Shown here: in pieces, positions 40,167 through 55,480 of the stretch
How the letters are laid out: each line of letters begins with the position of its first letter
Position numbering within the stretch: position 1 is the first letter of the stretch
From: Eledone cirrhosa
Lineage: Eukaryota
NCBI GenBank assembly: GCA_964016885.1
Contig: OZ024744.1
Span: 120,776,001 to 120,840,000 of the forward strand
DNA length: 64,000 nt
Reading direction: 5' to 3'
The notes under the pieces: model-generated
What the model saw: the letters and a program-made list of their open reading frames with translations, nothing else
What the model was told of the DNA's origin: nothing
The model's database searches: none
Position numbers and translations under genes: made by a program

Positions 40167-42980
40167 ACCACATGTCATAGTATCAGAGCTGTGATCTCTC
40201 AATTCAGAGATTCTTACCTGAGACATTCTAACCACATGTCATAGTATCAGAGCTGTGATATCTCAATTCAGAATTTCTTTCCTGATATATTCTAACCACA
40301 TGTCATAGTATCAGAGCTGTGATCTCTCAATTCAGAGATTCTTTCCTGAGAACTTCTAACCACATGTCATAGTATCAGAGCTGTGATCTCTCAATTTAGA
40401 TATTCTTTCCTGAGATATTCTAACCACATGTCATATTATCAGAGCTGTGATCACTCAATTCAGAGATTCTTTCCTGAGACATTCTAACCACATGTCATAG
40501 TATCAGAGCTGTGATCTCTCAATTCAGAGATTCTTTCATGAGACATTCTAACCACATGTCATAGTATCAGAGCTGTGATCTCTCAATTTAGATATTCTTT
40601 CCTGAGATATTCTAACCACATGTCATAGTATTAGAGCTGTGATCTCTCAATTCAGAGATTTTTTCCTGAGACATTCTAACCACATGTCATAGTATCAGAG
40701 CTGTGATCTCTCAATTCAGAGATTCTTTCCTGAGACATTCTAACTATATGTCATAGTATCAGAACTGTGATCTCTCAATTCAGAAATTCTTTCCTGAGAC
40801 TTTCTAACCACATGTCATAGTATCAGAGCTGTGAACTCTCAATTCAGAGATTCTTTCCTGAGACATTCTAACCACATGTCATTGTATCGGAGCTGTGATC
40901 TCTCAATTCAGAGATTCTTTCCTGAGACATTCTAACCACATGTCATAGTATCAGAGCTGTGATCTCTCAATTCAGAGATTCTTTCCTGAGAAATTCTAAC
41001 CTCATGTCTGTAGTATCAGAGCTGTGATCTCTCAATTCAGAGATTCTTTCCTGAGACATTCTAACCACATGTCATAGTATCAGAGCTGTGATCTCTCAAT
41101 TTAGATATTCTTTCCTGAAATATTCTAACCGCATGTCATAGTATTAGAGCTGTGATCTCTCAATTCAGAGATTCTTTCCTGAGACATTCTAACCCCTTGT
41201 CTGTAGTATCAGAGCTGTATGCTCTCAATTCAGAGATTCTTTCCTGAGACATTCTAACCACATGTCATAGTATCAGAGCTGTGATCTCTCAATTCAGAGA
41301 TTCTTTCCTCAGACATTCTAAGCACATGTCATATTATCAGAGCTGTGATCTCTCAATTCAGAGATTCTTTCCTGATACATTCTAACCTCATGTCTGTAGT
41401 ATCAGAGCTGTGATATCTCAATTCAGAGATTCTTTCATGAGACATTCTAACCACATGTCATAGTATCAGAGCTGTGATCTCTCAATTTAGATATTCTTTC
41501 CTGAGACATTCTAACCACATGTCATAGTATCAGAGCTGTGAACTCTCAATTCAGAGATTCTTTCCTGATACATTCTAACCACATGTCATAGTATTAGAGC
41601 TGTGATCTCTCAATTCAGAGATTCTTTCCTGAGACATTCTAACCACGTCATAGTATCAGAGCTGTGATATCTCAATTCAGAGATTCTTTCATGAGACCTT
41701 CTTGCCACATGTCATAGTATTAGATCTGTGATCTCTCAATTCAGAGATTCTTTCCTGGGATATTCTAAGCACATGTCATAGTATCAGAGCTGTGATCTCT
41801 CAATTCAGAGATTCTTTCCTGAGACATTCTAACCACATCTCATAGTCTAAGAGCTGTGATATCTCAATTCAGAGATTCCTTCCTGAGACATTCTAACCGC
41901 ATGTCATAGAATCAGAGCTGTGATCTCTCAATTCAGAGATTCTTTCCTGAGACGTTCTAATCACATGTCATAGTATTAGAGCTGTAATCTCTCAATTCAG
42001 AGATTCTTTCCTGAGAAATTCTAACCTCATGTCTGTAGTATCAGAGCTGTGATCTCTCAATTCAGAGAATCTTTCCTGAGACATTCTAACTCCATGTCCA
42101 CAGTATCAGAGCTGTGATCTCTCAATTCAGAGATTCTTTCCTGAGACATTCTAACCACATGTCATAGTATCAGAGCTGTGATCTCTCAATTCAGAGATTA
42201 TTTCCTGAGACATTCTAACCACGTCATAGTATCAGAGCTGTGATATCTCAATTCAGAGATTCTTTCATGAGACATTCTAACCACATGTCATAGTATCAGA
42301 GCTGTGATCTCTCAATTTAGATATTCTTTCCTGAGATATTCTAACCACATGTCATAGTATTAGAGCTGTGATCTCTCAATTCAGAGATTCTTTCCTGATA
42401 CATTCTAACCACATGTCATAGTACTAGAGCTGTGATCTCTCAATTCAGAGATTCTTTCCTGAGACATTCTAACCACGTCATAGTATCAGAGCTGTGATAT
42501 CTCAATTCAGAGATTCTTTCATGAGACATTCTAACCACATGTCATAGTATCAGAGCTGTGATCTCTCAATTCAGAGATTCTTCCCTGAGACATTCTAACC
42601 ACATGTCATAGTATTAGAGCTGTGATCTCTCAATTCAGATATTCTTTCCTGGGATATTCTAACCACATGTCATAGTATCAGGGCTGTGATCTCTCAATTC
42701 AGAGATTCTTTCCTGAGACATTCTAACCACATCTCATAGTCTGAGGCTGTGATATCTCAATTCAGAGATTCTTTCCTGAGACATTCTTACCACATGTCAT
42801 AGTATCAGAGCTGTGATCTCTCAATTCAGAGATTCTTTCCTGAGACATTCTAACCACATGTCATAGTATCAGAGCTGTGATCTCTCAATTCAGAGATTCT
42901 TTCCTGAGACATTCTAACCACATGTAATAGTATTAGAGCTGTGATCTCTCAACTTAGAGATTCTTTCCTGAGACATTCTA

Positions 42981-43048
42981 ACCACATGTATCAGAGACAT
43001 TCTTAATAGTGATCTCTCAATTCAGAGATTCTTTCCTGAGACATTCTT
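42981..43048. repeat. Rearranged 68-bp monomer, copy 2
   Basis: ACCACATGTATCAGAGACATTCTTAATAGTGATC starts at 42981. Confidence 0.93.
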
Positions 43049-46000
43049 ACCACATGTCATAGTATCAGAGCTGTGATCTCTCAATTCAGAGATTCTTACC
43101 TGAGACATTCTAACCACATGTCATAGTATCAGAGCTGTGATATCTCAATTCAGAATTTCTTTCCTGATATATTCTAACCACATGTCATAGTATCAGAGCT
43201 GTGATCTCTCAATTCAGAGATTCTTTCCTGAGAACTTCTAACCACATGTCATAGTTTCAGAGCTGTGATCTCTCAATTTAGATATTCTTTCCTGAGATAT
43301 TCTAACCACATGTCATATTATCAGAGCTGTGATCTCTCAATTCAGAGATTCTTTCCTGAGACATTCTAACCACATGTCATAGTATCAGAGCTGTGATCTC
43401 TCAATTCAGAGATTCTTTCCTGAGACATTCTAACCACATGTCATAGTATCAGAACGGTGATCTCTCAATTCAGAAATTCTTTCCTGAGACATTCTAACCA
43501 CATGTCATAGTATCAGAGCTGTGATCTCTCAATTCAGAGATTCTTTCATGAGACATTCTAACCACATGTCATAGTATCAGAGCTGTGATCTCTCAATTCA
43601 GAGATTCTTTCCTGAGAAATTCTAACCTCATGTCTGTAGTATCAGAGCTGTGATCTCTCAATTCAGAGATTCTTTCCTGAGACATTCTAACCACATGTCA
43701 TAGTATCAGAGCTGTGATCTCTCAATTTAGATATTCTTTCCTGAAATATTCTAACCGCATGTCATAGTATTAGAGCTGTGATCTCTCAATTCAGAGATTC
43801 TTTCCTGAGACATTCTAACCCCTTGTCTGTAGTATCAGAGCTGTATGCTCTCAATTCAGAGATTCTTTCCTGAGACATTCTAACCACATGTCATAGTATC
43901 AGAGCTGTGATCTCTCAATTCAGAGATTCTTTCCTCAGACATTCTAAGCACATGTCATATTATCAGAGCTGTGATCTCTCAATTCAGAGATTCTTTCCTG
44001 AGAAATTCTAACCTCATGTCTGTAGTATCAGAGCTGTGATCTCTCAATTCAGAGATTCTTTCCTGATACATTCTAACCACATGTCATAGTATCAGAGCTG
44101 TGATCTCTCAATTCAGAGATTCTTTCCTGAGACATTCTAACCACATGTCATTGTATCGGAGCTGTGATCTCTCAATTCAGAGATTCTTTCCTGAGACATT
44201 CTAACCACATGTCATAGTATCAGAGCTGTGATCTCTCAATTCAGAGATTCTTTCCTGAGAAATTCAAACCTCATGTCTGTAGTATCAGAGCTGTGATCTC
44301 TCAATTCAGAGATTCTTTCCTGAGACATTCTAACCACATGTGATAGTATCAGAGCTGTGATCTCTCAATTTAGATATTCTTTCCTGAAATATTCTAACCG
44401 CATGTCATAGTATTAGAGCTGTGATCTCTCAATTCAGAGATTCTTTCCTGAGACATTCTAACCCCTTGTCTGTAGTATCAGAGCTGTATGCTCTCAATTC
44501 AGAGATTCTTTCCTGAGACATTCTAACCACATGTCATAGTATCAGAGCTGTGATCTCTCAATTCAGAGATTCTTTCCTCAGACATTCTAAGCAGATGTCA
44601 TATTATCAGAGCTGTGATCTCTCAATTCAGAGATTCTTTCCTGAGAAATTCTAACCTCATGTCTGTAGTATCAGAGCTGTGATCTCTCAATTCAGAGATT
44701 CTTTCCTGAGACATTCTAACTCCATGTCCACAGTATCAGAGCTGTGATCTCTCAATTCAGAGATTCTTTCCTGAGATATTCTAACAACAAGTCATAATAT
44801 CAGAGCTATGATCTCTCAATTCAGAGATTCTTTCCTGAGACATTCTAACCACATGGCTGTAGTATCAGAGCTGTGATGTCCCAATTCAGAGATTCTTTCC
44901 TGATACATTCTAACCACATGTCATAGTATCAGAGCTGTGATCTCTCAATTCAGAGATTCTTTACTGAGACATTCTAACCACATGTCATAGTATCAGTGCT
45001 GTGATCTCTCAATTTAGATATTCTTTCCTGAGATATTCTAACCACATGTCATAGTATTAGAGCTGTGATCTCTCAATTCAGAGATTTTTTCCTGAGACAT
45101 TCTAACCACATGTCATAGTATCAGAGCTGTGATCTCTCAATTCAGAGATTCTTTCCTGAGACATTCTAACTATATGTCATAGTATCAGAACTGTGATCTC
45201 TCAATTCAGAAATTCTTTCCTGAGACTTTCTAACCACATGTCATAGTATCAGAGCTGTGAACTCTCAATTCAGAGATTCTTTCCTGATACATTCTAACCA
45301 CATGTCATAGTATCAGAGCTGTGATCTCTCAATTCAGAGATTCTTTCCTGAGAAATTCTAACCTCATGTCTGTAGTATCAGAGCTGTGATCTCTCAATTC
45401 AGAGATTCTTTCCTGAGACATTCTAACAACATGTCATAGTATCAGAGCTGTGATCTCTCAATTTAGATATTCTTTCCTGAAATATTCTAACCGCATGTCA
45501 TAGTATTAGAGCTGTGATCTCTCAATTCAGAGATTCTTTCCTGAGACATTCTAACCCCTTATCTGTAGTATCAGAGCTGTATGCTCTCAATTCAGAGATT
45601 CTTTCCTGAGACATTCTAAGCACATGTCATATTATCAGAGCTGTGATCTCTCAATTCAGAGATTCTTTCCTGAGAAATTCTAACCTCATGTCTGTAGTAT
45701 CAGAGCTGTGATCTCTCAATTCAGAGATTCTTTCCTGATACATTCTAACCACATGTCATAGTATCAGAGCTGTGATCTCTCAATTCAGAGATTCTTTCCT
45801 GAGACATTCTAACCACATGTCATTGTATCGGAGCTGTGATCTCTCAATTCAGAGATTCTTTCCTGAGACATTCTAACCACATGTCATAGTATCAGAGCTG
45901 TGATCTCTCAATTCAGAGATTCTTTCCTGAGAAATTCTAACCTCATGTCTGTAGTATCAGAGCTGTGATCTCTCAATTCAGAGATTCTTTCCTGAGACAT

Positions 46001-47217
46001 TCTAACCACATGTCATAGTATCAGAGCTGTGATCTCTCAATTTAGATATTCTTTCCTGAAATATTCTAACCGCATGTCATAGTATTAGAGCCGTGATCTC
46101 TCAATTCAGAGATTCTTTCCTGAGACATTCTAACCCCTTGTCTGTAGTATCAGAGCTGTATGCTCTCAATTCAGAGATTCTTTCCTGAGACATTCTAACC
46201 ACATGTCATAGTGTCAGAGCTGTTATCTCTCAATTCAGAGATTCTTTCCTCAGACATTCTAAGCACATGTCATATTATCAGAGCTGTGATCTCTCAATTC
46301 AGAGATTCTTTCCTGAGACATTCTAACTCCATGTCCACAGTATCAGAGCTGTGATCTCTCAATTCAGAGATTCTTTCCTGAGATATTCTAACAACATGTC
46401 ATAATATCAGAGCTATGATCTCTCAATTCAGAGATTCTTTCCTGAGACATTCTAACCACGTCATAGTATCAGAGCTGTGATATCTCAATTCAGAGATTCT
46501 TTCATGAGACATTCTAACCACATGTCATAGTATCAGAGCTGTGATCTCTCAATTTAGATATTCTTTCCTGAGATATTCTAACCACATGTCATAGTATTAG
46601 AGCTGTGATCTCTCAATTCAGAGATTCTTTCCTGATACATTCTAACCACATGTCATAGTACTAGAGCTGTGATCTCTCAATTCAGAGATTCTTTCCTGAG
46701 ACATTCTAACCACGTCATAGTATCAGAGCTGTGATATCTCAATTCAGAGATTCTTTCATGAGACATTCTAACCACATGTCATAGTATCAGAGCTGTGATC
46801 TCTCAATTCAGAGATTCTTCCCTGAGACATTCTAACCACATGTCATAGTATTAGAGCTGTGATCTCTCAATTCAGATATTCTTTCCTGGGATATTCTAAC
46901 CACATGTCATAGTATCAGGGCTGTGATCTCTCAATTCAGAGATTCTTTCCTGAGACATTCTAACCACATCTCATAGTCTAAGGCTGTGATATCTCAATTC
47001 AGAGATTCTTTCCTGAGACATTCTTACCACATGTCATAGTATCAGAGCTGTGATCTCTCAATTCAGAGATTCTTTCCTGAGACATTCTAACCACATGTCA
47101 TAGTATCAGAGCTGTGATCTCTCAATTCAGAGATTCTTTCCTGAGACATTCTAACCACATGTAATAGTATTAGAGCTGTGATCTCTCAACTTAGAGATTC
47201 TTTCCTGAGACATTCTA

Positions 47218-47285
47218 ACCACATGTATCAGAGACATTCTTAATAGTGATCTCTCAATTCAGAGATTCTTTCCTGAGACATTCTT
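47218..47285. repeat. Rearranged 68-bp monomer, copy 3
   Basis: ACCACATGTATCAGAGACATTCTTAATAGTGATC starts at 47218. Confidence 0.93.
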
Positions 47286-50200
47286 ACCACATGTCATAGT
47301 ATCAGAGCTGTGATCTCTCAATTCAGAGATTCTTACCTGAGACATTCTAACCACATGTCATAGTATCAGAGCTGTGATATCTCAATTCAGAATTTCTTTC
47401 CTGATATATTCTAACCACATGTCATAGTATCAGAGCTGTGATCTCTCAATTCAGAGATTCTTTCCTGAGAACTTCTAACCACATGTCATAGTTTCAGAGC
47501 TGTGATCTCTCAATTTAGATATTCTTTCCTGAGATATTCTAACCACATGTCATATTATCAGAGCTGTGATCTCTCAATTCAGAGATTCTTTCCTGAGACA
47601 TTCTAACCACATGTCATAGTATCAGAGCTGTGATCTCTCAATTCAGAGATTCTTTCCTGAGACATTCTAACCACATGTCATAGTATCAGAACGGTTATCT
47701 CTCAATTCAGAAATTCTTTCCTGAGACATTCTAACCACATGTCATAGTATCAGAGCTGTGATCTCTCAATTCAGAGATTCTTTCATGAGACATTCTAACC
47801 ACATGTCATAGTATCAGAGCTGTGATCTCTCAATTCAGAGATTCTTTCCTGAGAAATTCTAACCTCATGTCTGTAGTATCAGAGCTGTGATCTCTCAATT
47901 CAGAGATTCTTTCCTGAGACATTCTAACCACATGTCATAGTATCAGAGCTGTGATCTCTCAATTTAGATATTCTTTCCTGAAATATTCTAACCGCATGTC
48001 ATAGTATTAGAGCTGTGATCTCTCAATTCAGAGATTCTTTCCTGAGACATTCTAACCCCTTGTCTGTAGTATCAGAGCTGTATGCTCTCAATTCAGAGAT
48101 TCTTTCCTGAGACATTCTAACCACATGTCATAGTATCAGAGCTGTGATCTCTCAATTCAGAGATTCTTTCCTCAGACATTCTAAGCCCATGTCATATTAT
48201 CAGAGCTGTGATCTCTCAATTCAGAGATTCTTTCCTGAGAAATTCTAACCTCATGTCTGTAGTATCAGAGCTGTGATCTCTCAATTCAGAGATTCTTTCC
48301 TGATACATTCTAACCACATGTCATAGTATCAGAGCTGTGATCTCTCAATTCAGAGATTCTTTCCTGAGACATTCTAACCACATGTCATTGTATCGGAGCT
48401 GTGATCTCTCAATTCAGAGATTCTTTCCTGAGACATTCTAACCACATGTCATAGTATCAGAGCTGTGATCTCTCAATTCAGAGATTCTTTCCTGAGAAAT
48501 TCAAACCTCATGTCTGTAGTATCAGAGCTGTGATCTCTCAATTCAGAGATTCTTTCCTGAGACATTCTAACCACATGTGATAGTATCAGAGCTGTGATCT
48601 CTCAATTTAGATATTCTTTCCTGAAATATTCTAACCGCATGTCATAGTATTAGAGCTGTGATCTCTCAATTCAGAGATTCTTTCCTGAGACATTCTAACC
48701 CCTTGTCTGTAGTATCAGAGCTGTATGCTCTCAATTCAGAGATTCTTTCCTGAGACATTCTAACCACATGTCATAGTATCAGAGCTGTGATCTCTCAATT
48801 CAGAGATTCTTTCCTCAGACATTCTAAGCAGATGTCATATTATCAGAGCTGTGATCTCTCAATTCAGAGATTCTTTCCTGAGAAATTCTAACCTCATGTC
48901 TGTAGTATCAGAGCTGTGATCTCTCAATTCAGAGATTCTTTCCTGAGACATTCTAACTCCATGTCCACAGTATCAGAGCTGTGATCTCTCAATTCAGAGA
49001 TTCTTTCCTGAGATATTCTAACAACAAGTCATAATATCAGAGCTATGATCTCTCAATTCAGAGATTCTTTCCTGAGACATTCTAACCACATGGCTGTAGT
49101 ATCAGAGCTGTGATGTCCCAATTCAGAGATTCTTTCCTGATACATTCTAACCACATGTCATAGTATCAGAGCTGTGATCTCTCAATTCAGAGATTCTTTA
49201 CTGAGACATTCTAACCACATGTCATAGTATCAGTGCTGTGATCTCTCAATTTAGATATTCTTTCCTGAGATATTCTAACCACATGTCATAGTATTAGAGC
49301 TGTGATCTCTCAATTCAGAGATTTTTTCCTGAGACATTCTAACCACATGTCATAGTATCAGAGCTGTGATCTCTCAATTCAGAGATTCTTTCCTGAGACA
49401 TTCTAACTATATGTCATAGTATCAGAACTGTGATCTCTCAATTCAGAAATTCTTTCCTGAGACTTTCTAACCACATGTCATAGTATCAGAGCTGTGAACT
49501 CTCAATTCAGAGATTCTTTCCTGATACATTCTAACCACATGTCATAGTATCAGAGCTGTGATCTCTCAATTCAGAGATTCTTTCCTGAGAAATTCTAACC
49601 TCATGTCTGTAGTATCAGAGCTGTGATCTCTCAATTCAGAGATTCTTTCCTGAGACATTCTAACAACATGTCATAGTATCAGAGCTGTGATCTCTCAATT
49701 TAGATATTCTTTCCTGAAATATTCTAACCGCATGTCATAGTATTAGAGCTGTGATCTCTCAATTCAGAGATTCTTTCCTGAGACATTCTAACCCCTTATC
49801 TGTAGTATCAGAGCTGTATGCTCTCAATTCAGAGATTCTTTCCTGAGACATTCTAAGCACATGTCATATTATCAGAGCTGTGATCTCTCAATTCAGAGAT
49901 TCTTTCCTGAGAAATTCTAACCTCATGTCTGTAGTATCAGAGCTGTGATCTCTCAATTCAGAGATTCTTTCCTGATACATTCTAACCACATGTCATAGTA
50001 TCAGAGCTGTGATCTCTCAATTCAGAGATTCTTTCCTGAGACATTCTAACCACATGTCATTGTATCGGAGCTGTGATCTCTCAATTCAGAGATTCTTTCC
50101 TGAGACATTCTAACCACATGTCATAGTATCAGAGCTGTGATCTCTCAATTCAGAGATTCTTTCCTGAGAAATTCTAACCTCATGTCTGTAGTATCAGAGC

Positions 50201-50599
50201 TGTGATCTCTCAATTCAGAGATTCTTTCCTGAGACATTCTAACCACATGTCATAGTATCAGAGCTGTGATCTCTCAATTTAGATATTCTTTCCTGAAATA
50301 TTCTAACCGCATGTCATAGTATTAGAGCCGTGATCTCTCAATTCAGAGATTCTTTCCTGAGACATTCTAACCCCTTGTCTGTAGTATCAGAGCTGTATGC
50401 TCTCAATTCAGAGATTCTTTCCTGAGACATTCTAACCACATGTCATAGTGTCAGAGCTGTTATCTCTCAATTCAGAGATTCTTTCCTCAGACATTCTAAG
50501 CACATGTCATATTATCAGAGCTGTGATCTCTCAATTCAGAGATTCTTTCCTGAGACATTCTAACTCCATGTCCACAGTATCAGAGCTGTGATCTCTCAA

Positions 50600-53500
50600 T
50601 TCAGAGATTCTTTCCTGAGATATTCTAACAACATGTCATAATATCAGAGCTATGATCTCTCAATTCAGAGATTCTTTCCTGAGACATTCTAACCACATGT
50701 CTGTAGTATCAGAGCTGTGATGTCTCAATTCAGAGATTCTTTCCTGATACATTCTAACCACATGACATAGTATCAGAGCTGTGATCTCTCAATTCAGAGA
50801 TTCTTTACTGAGACATTCTAACCACGTCATAGTATCAGAGCTGTGATATCTCAATTCAAAGATTCTTTCCTGAGACATTCTAACCACATGTCATAGTATC
50901 AGAGCTGTGATTTCTCAATTTAGATATTCTTTCCTGAGATATTCTAACCACATGTCATAATATTAGAGCTGTGATATCTCAATTCAGAGATTCTTTCCTG
51001 AGATATTCTAACCACATGTCATAGTATCAGAGCTGTGATCTCTCAATTCAGAGATTCTTTCTTGAGACATTCTAACTCCATGTCCACAGTATCAGAACTG
51101 TGAAGTCTCAATTCAGAGATTCTTTCCTGAGACATTCTAACCACATGTCATAGAATCAGAGCTGTGATCTCTCAATTCAGAGATTCTTTCCTGAGAACTT
51201 CTAACCACATGTCTGTAGTATCAGAACTGTGATCTCTCAATTCAGAGATTCTTTCCTGAGACATTCTAACCACATGTCATAGTAGCAGATCTGTGATGTC
51301 TCAATTCAGAGATTCTTTCCTGGGATATTCTAACCACATGTCATAGTATCAGAGCTGTGATCTCTCAATTCAGAGATTCTTTCCTGAGACATTCTAACCA
51401 CATCTCATAGTATCAGAGCTGTGATATCTCAATTCAGAGATTCTTTCCTGAGACATTCTAACCACATGTCATTGAATCAGAGCTGTGATCTCTCGATTCA
51501 GAGATTCTTTCCTGAGACATTCTAACCACATGTCATAGTATTAGAGCTGTGATCTCTCAATTCAGAGATTCTTTCCTGAGAAATTCTAACCTCATGTCTG
51601 TAGTATCAGAGCGGTAATCTCTCAATTCAGAGAATCTTTCCTGAGACATTCTAACTCCATGTCCACAATATCAGAGCTGTGATCTCTCAATTCAGAGATT
51701 CTTTCCTGAGACATTCTAACCACATGTCATAGTATCAGTGCTGTGATCTCTCAATATAGAGATTCTTTCCTGAGATATTCTAACCACATGTCATAGTATC
51801 AGAGCTGTGATCTCTCAATTCAGAGATTCTTTCCTAGGATATTCTAACCACATGTCATAGTATCAGAGCTGTGATCTCTCAATTCAGATATTCTTTCCTG
51901 AGACATTCTAACCACATGTCATAGGATCAGAGTTGTGATCTCTCAATTCAGAGATTCTTTCCTGAGATATTCTAACCACATGTCATAGTATCAGAGCTGT
52001 GATCTCTCAATTCAGAGATTCTTTCCTGAGACATTCTAACCACATGTCATAGTATTAGAGCTGTGATCTCTCAATTCAGAGAATCTTTCCTGAGACATTC
52101 TTACCACATGTCATAGTATCAGAGCTGTGATCTCTCAATTTAGAGATTCTTTCCTGAGACATTCTAACCACATGTCATAGTATCAGAGCTGTGATCTCTC
52201 AATTCAGAGATTCTTTCCTGAGACATTCTCACCACATGTCATAGTATCAGAGCTGTGATATCTCAATTCAGAGATTCTTTCCTGATATATTCTAACCACA
52301 TGTCACACTATCAGAGCTGTGATCTCTCAATTCAGAGATTCTTTCCTGAGAACTTCTAACCACATGTCTGTAGTATCAGAGCTGTGATCTCTCAATTCAG
52401 AGATTCTTTCCTGAGATATTCTAACCACATGTCATAGTATCAGAGCTGTGATCTCTCAATTCAGAGATTCTTTCCTGAGACATTCTAACCACATGTCATA
52501 GTATCAGAGCTGTGATCTCTCAATTCAGAGATTCTTTCCTGAGACATTCTAAACACGTCATAGTATCAGAGCTGTAATATCTCAATTCAGAGATTCTTTC
52601 ATGAGACATTCTAACCACATGTCATAGTATCAGAGCTGTGATCTCTCAATTTAGATATTCTTTCCTGAGATATTCTAACCACATGTCATAGTATTAGTGC
52701 TGTGATCTCTCAATTCAGAGATTCTTTCCTGAGACATTCTAACCACATGTCATAGTATCAGAAGTGTGATCTCTCAATTCAGAAATTCTTTCCTGAGACA
52801 TTCTAACCACATGTCATAGTATCACAGCTGTGAACTCTCAATTCAGAGATTCTTTTCTTATACATTCTAACCACATGTCATAGTATTAGAGCTATGATCT
52901 CTCAATTCAGAGATTCTTTCCTGAGACATTCTAACCACGTTATAGTATCAGAGCTGTGATATCTCAATTCAGAGATTCTTTCATGAGACATTCTAACCAC
53001 ATGTCATAGTATCAGAGCTGTGATCTCTCAATTCAGAGATTCTTTCCTGAGAACTTCTAACCACATGTCTGTAATATCAGAGCTGTGATCTCTCAATTCA
53101 GAGATTCTTTCCTGAGATATTCTAACCACATGTCATAGTATCAGAGCTGTGATCTCTCAATTCAGAGATTCTTTCCTGAGACATTCTAACCACATGTCAT
53201 AGTATCAGAGCTGTGAACTCTCAATTCAGAGATTATTTCCTGATACATTCTAACCACATGTCATATTATCAGAGCTGTGATCTCTCAATTCAGAGATTCT
53301 TTCCTGAGACATTCTAACCACGTCATAGTATCAGAGCTGTGATCTCTCAATTTAGATATTCTTTCCTGAGACATTCTAACCACATGTCATAGTATCAGAG
53401 CTGTGAACTCTCAATTCAGAGATTCTTTCCTGATACATTCTAACCACATGTCATAGTATTAGAGCTGTGATCTCTCAATTCAGAGATTCTTTCCTCAGAC

Positions 53501-55480
53501 ATTCTAAGCACATGTCATATTATCAGAGCTGTGATCTCTCAATTCAGAGATTCTTTCCTGAGAAATTCTAACCTCATGTCTGTAGTATCAGAGCTGTGAT
53601 CTCTCAATTCAGAGATTCTTTCCTGATACATTCTAACCACATGTCATAGTATCAGAGCTGTGATCTCTCAATTCAGAGATTCTTTCCTGAGACATTCTAA
53701 CCACATGTCATTGTATCGGAGCTGTGATCTCTCAATTCAGAGATTCTTTCCTGATACATTCTAACCACATGTCATAGTATCAGAGCTGTGATCTCTCAAT
53801 TCAGAGATTCTTTCCTGAGACATTCTAACCACATGTCATTGTATCGGAGCTGTGATCTCTCAATTCAGAGATTCTTTCCTGAGACATTCTAACCACATGT
53901 CATAGTATCAGAGCTGTGATCTCTCAATTCAGAGATTCTTTCCTGAGAAATTCTAACCTCATGTCTGTAGTATCAGAGCTGTGATCTCTCAATTCAGAGA
54001 TTCTTTCCTGAGACATTCTAACCACATGTCATATTATCAGAGCTGTGATCTCTCAATTTAGATATTCTTTCCTGAAATATTCTAACCGCATGTCATAGTA
54101 TTAGAGCCGTGATCTCTCAATTCAGAGATTCTTTCCTGAGACATTCTAACCCCTTGTCTGTAGTATCAGAGCTGTATGCTCTCAATTCAGAGATTCTTTC
54201 CTGAGACATTCTAACCGCATGTCATAGTATCAGAGCTGTGATCTCTCAATTCAGAGATTCTTTCCTGAGATATTCTAACAACATGTCATAATATCAGAGC
54301 TATGATCTCTCAATTCAGAGATTCTTTCCTGAGACATTCTAACCACATGTCTGTAGTATCAGAGCTGTGATGTCTCAATTCAGAGATTCTTTCCTGATAC
54401 ATTCTAACCACATGTCATAGTATCAGAGCTGTGATCTCTCAATTCAGAGATTCTTTACTGAGACATTCTAACCACGTCATAATATCAGAGCTGTGATATC
54501 TCAATTCAAAGATTCTTTCCTGAGACATTCTAACCACATGTCATAGTATCCGAGCTGTGATTTCTCAATTTAGATATTCTTTCCTGAGATATTCTAACCA
54601 CATGTCATAATATTAGAGCTGTGATATCTCAATTCAGAGATTCTTTCCTGAGATATTCTAACCACATGTCATAGTATCAGAGCTGTGATCTCTCAATTCA
54701 GAGATTCTTTCTTGAGACATTCTAACTCCATGTCCACAGTATCAGAGCTGTGAAGTCTCAATTCAGAGATTCTTTCCTGAGACATTCTAACCATATGTCA
54801 TAGAATCAGAGCTGTGATCTCTCAATTCAGAGATTCTTTCCTGAGAACTTCTAACCACATGTCTGTAGTATCAGAACTGTGATCTCTCAATTCAGAGATT
54901 CTTTCCTGAGACATTCTAACCACATGTCATAGTAGCAGATCTGTGATGTCTCAATTCAGAGATTCTTTCCTGGGATATTCTAACCACATGTCATAGTATC
55001 AGAGCTGTGATCTTTCAATTCAGAGATTCTTTCCTGAGACATTCTAACCACATCTCATAGTATCAGAGCTGTGATATCTCAATTCAGAGATTCTTTCCTG
55101 AGACATTCTAACCACATGTCATTGAATCAGAGCTGTGATCTCTCAATTCAGAGATTCTTTCCTGAGACATTGTAACCACATGTCATAGTATTAGAGCTGT
55201 GATCTCTCAATTCAGAGATTATTTCCTGAGAAATTCTAACCTTATGTCTGTAGTATCAGAGCGGTAATCTCTCAATTCAGAGAATCTTTCCTGAGACATT
55301 CTAACTCCATGTCCACAGTATCAGAGCTGTGATCTCTCAATTCAGAGATTCTTTCCTGAGACATTCTAACCACATGTCATAGTATCAGTGCTGTGATCTC
55401 TCAATATAGAGATTCTTTCCTGAGATATTCTAACCACATGTCATAGTATCAGAGCTGTGATCTCTCAATTCAGAGATTCT
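50600..55480. repeat. Block duplication, offset 3650 bp (57 monomers): ~50600-51830 repeated at ~54250-55480; similarity continues beyond with monomer-sized indels
   Basis: TGAAGTCTCA at 51101/54751 and GCGGTAATCT at 51611/55261. Confidence 0.85.

Larger units (their letters stand above)
42200..50696. repeat. Near-perfect tandem duplication, unit 4237 bp (66 monomers), 2 copies
   Basis: 68-bp variant at 42981/47218, AATTCAAACCTC at 44261/48498 and ACGTC at 42221/46458, all offset 4237. I saw only a few differences (e.g. 42741 CTGAGG vs 46978 CTAAGG; ACGGTG vs ACGGTT; AAGCAC vs AAGCCC). Confidence 0.93.
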
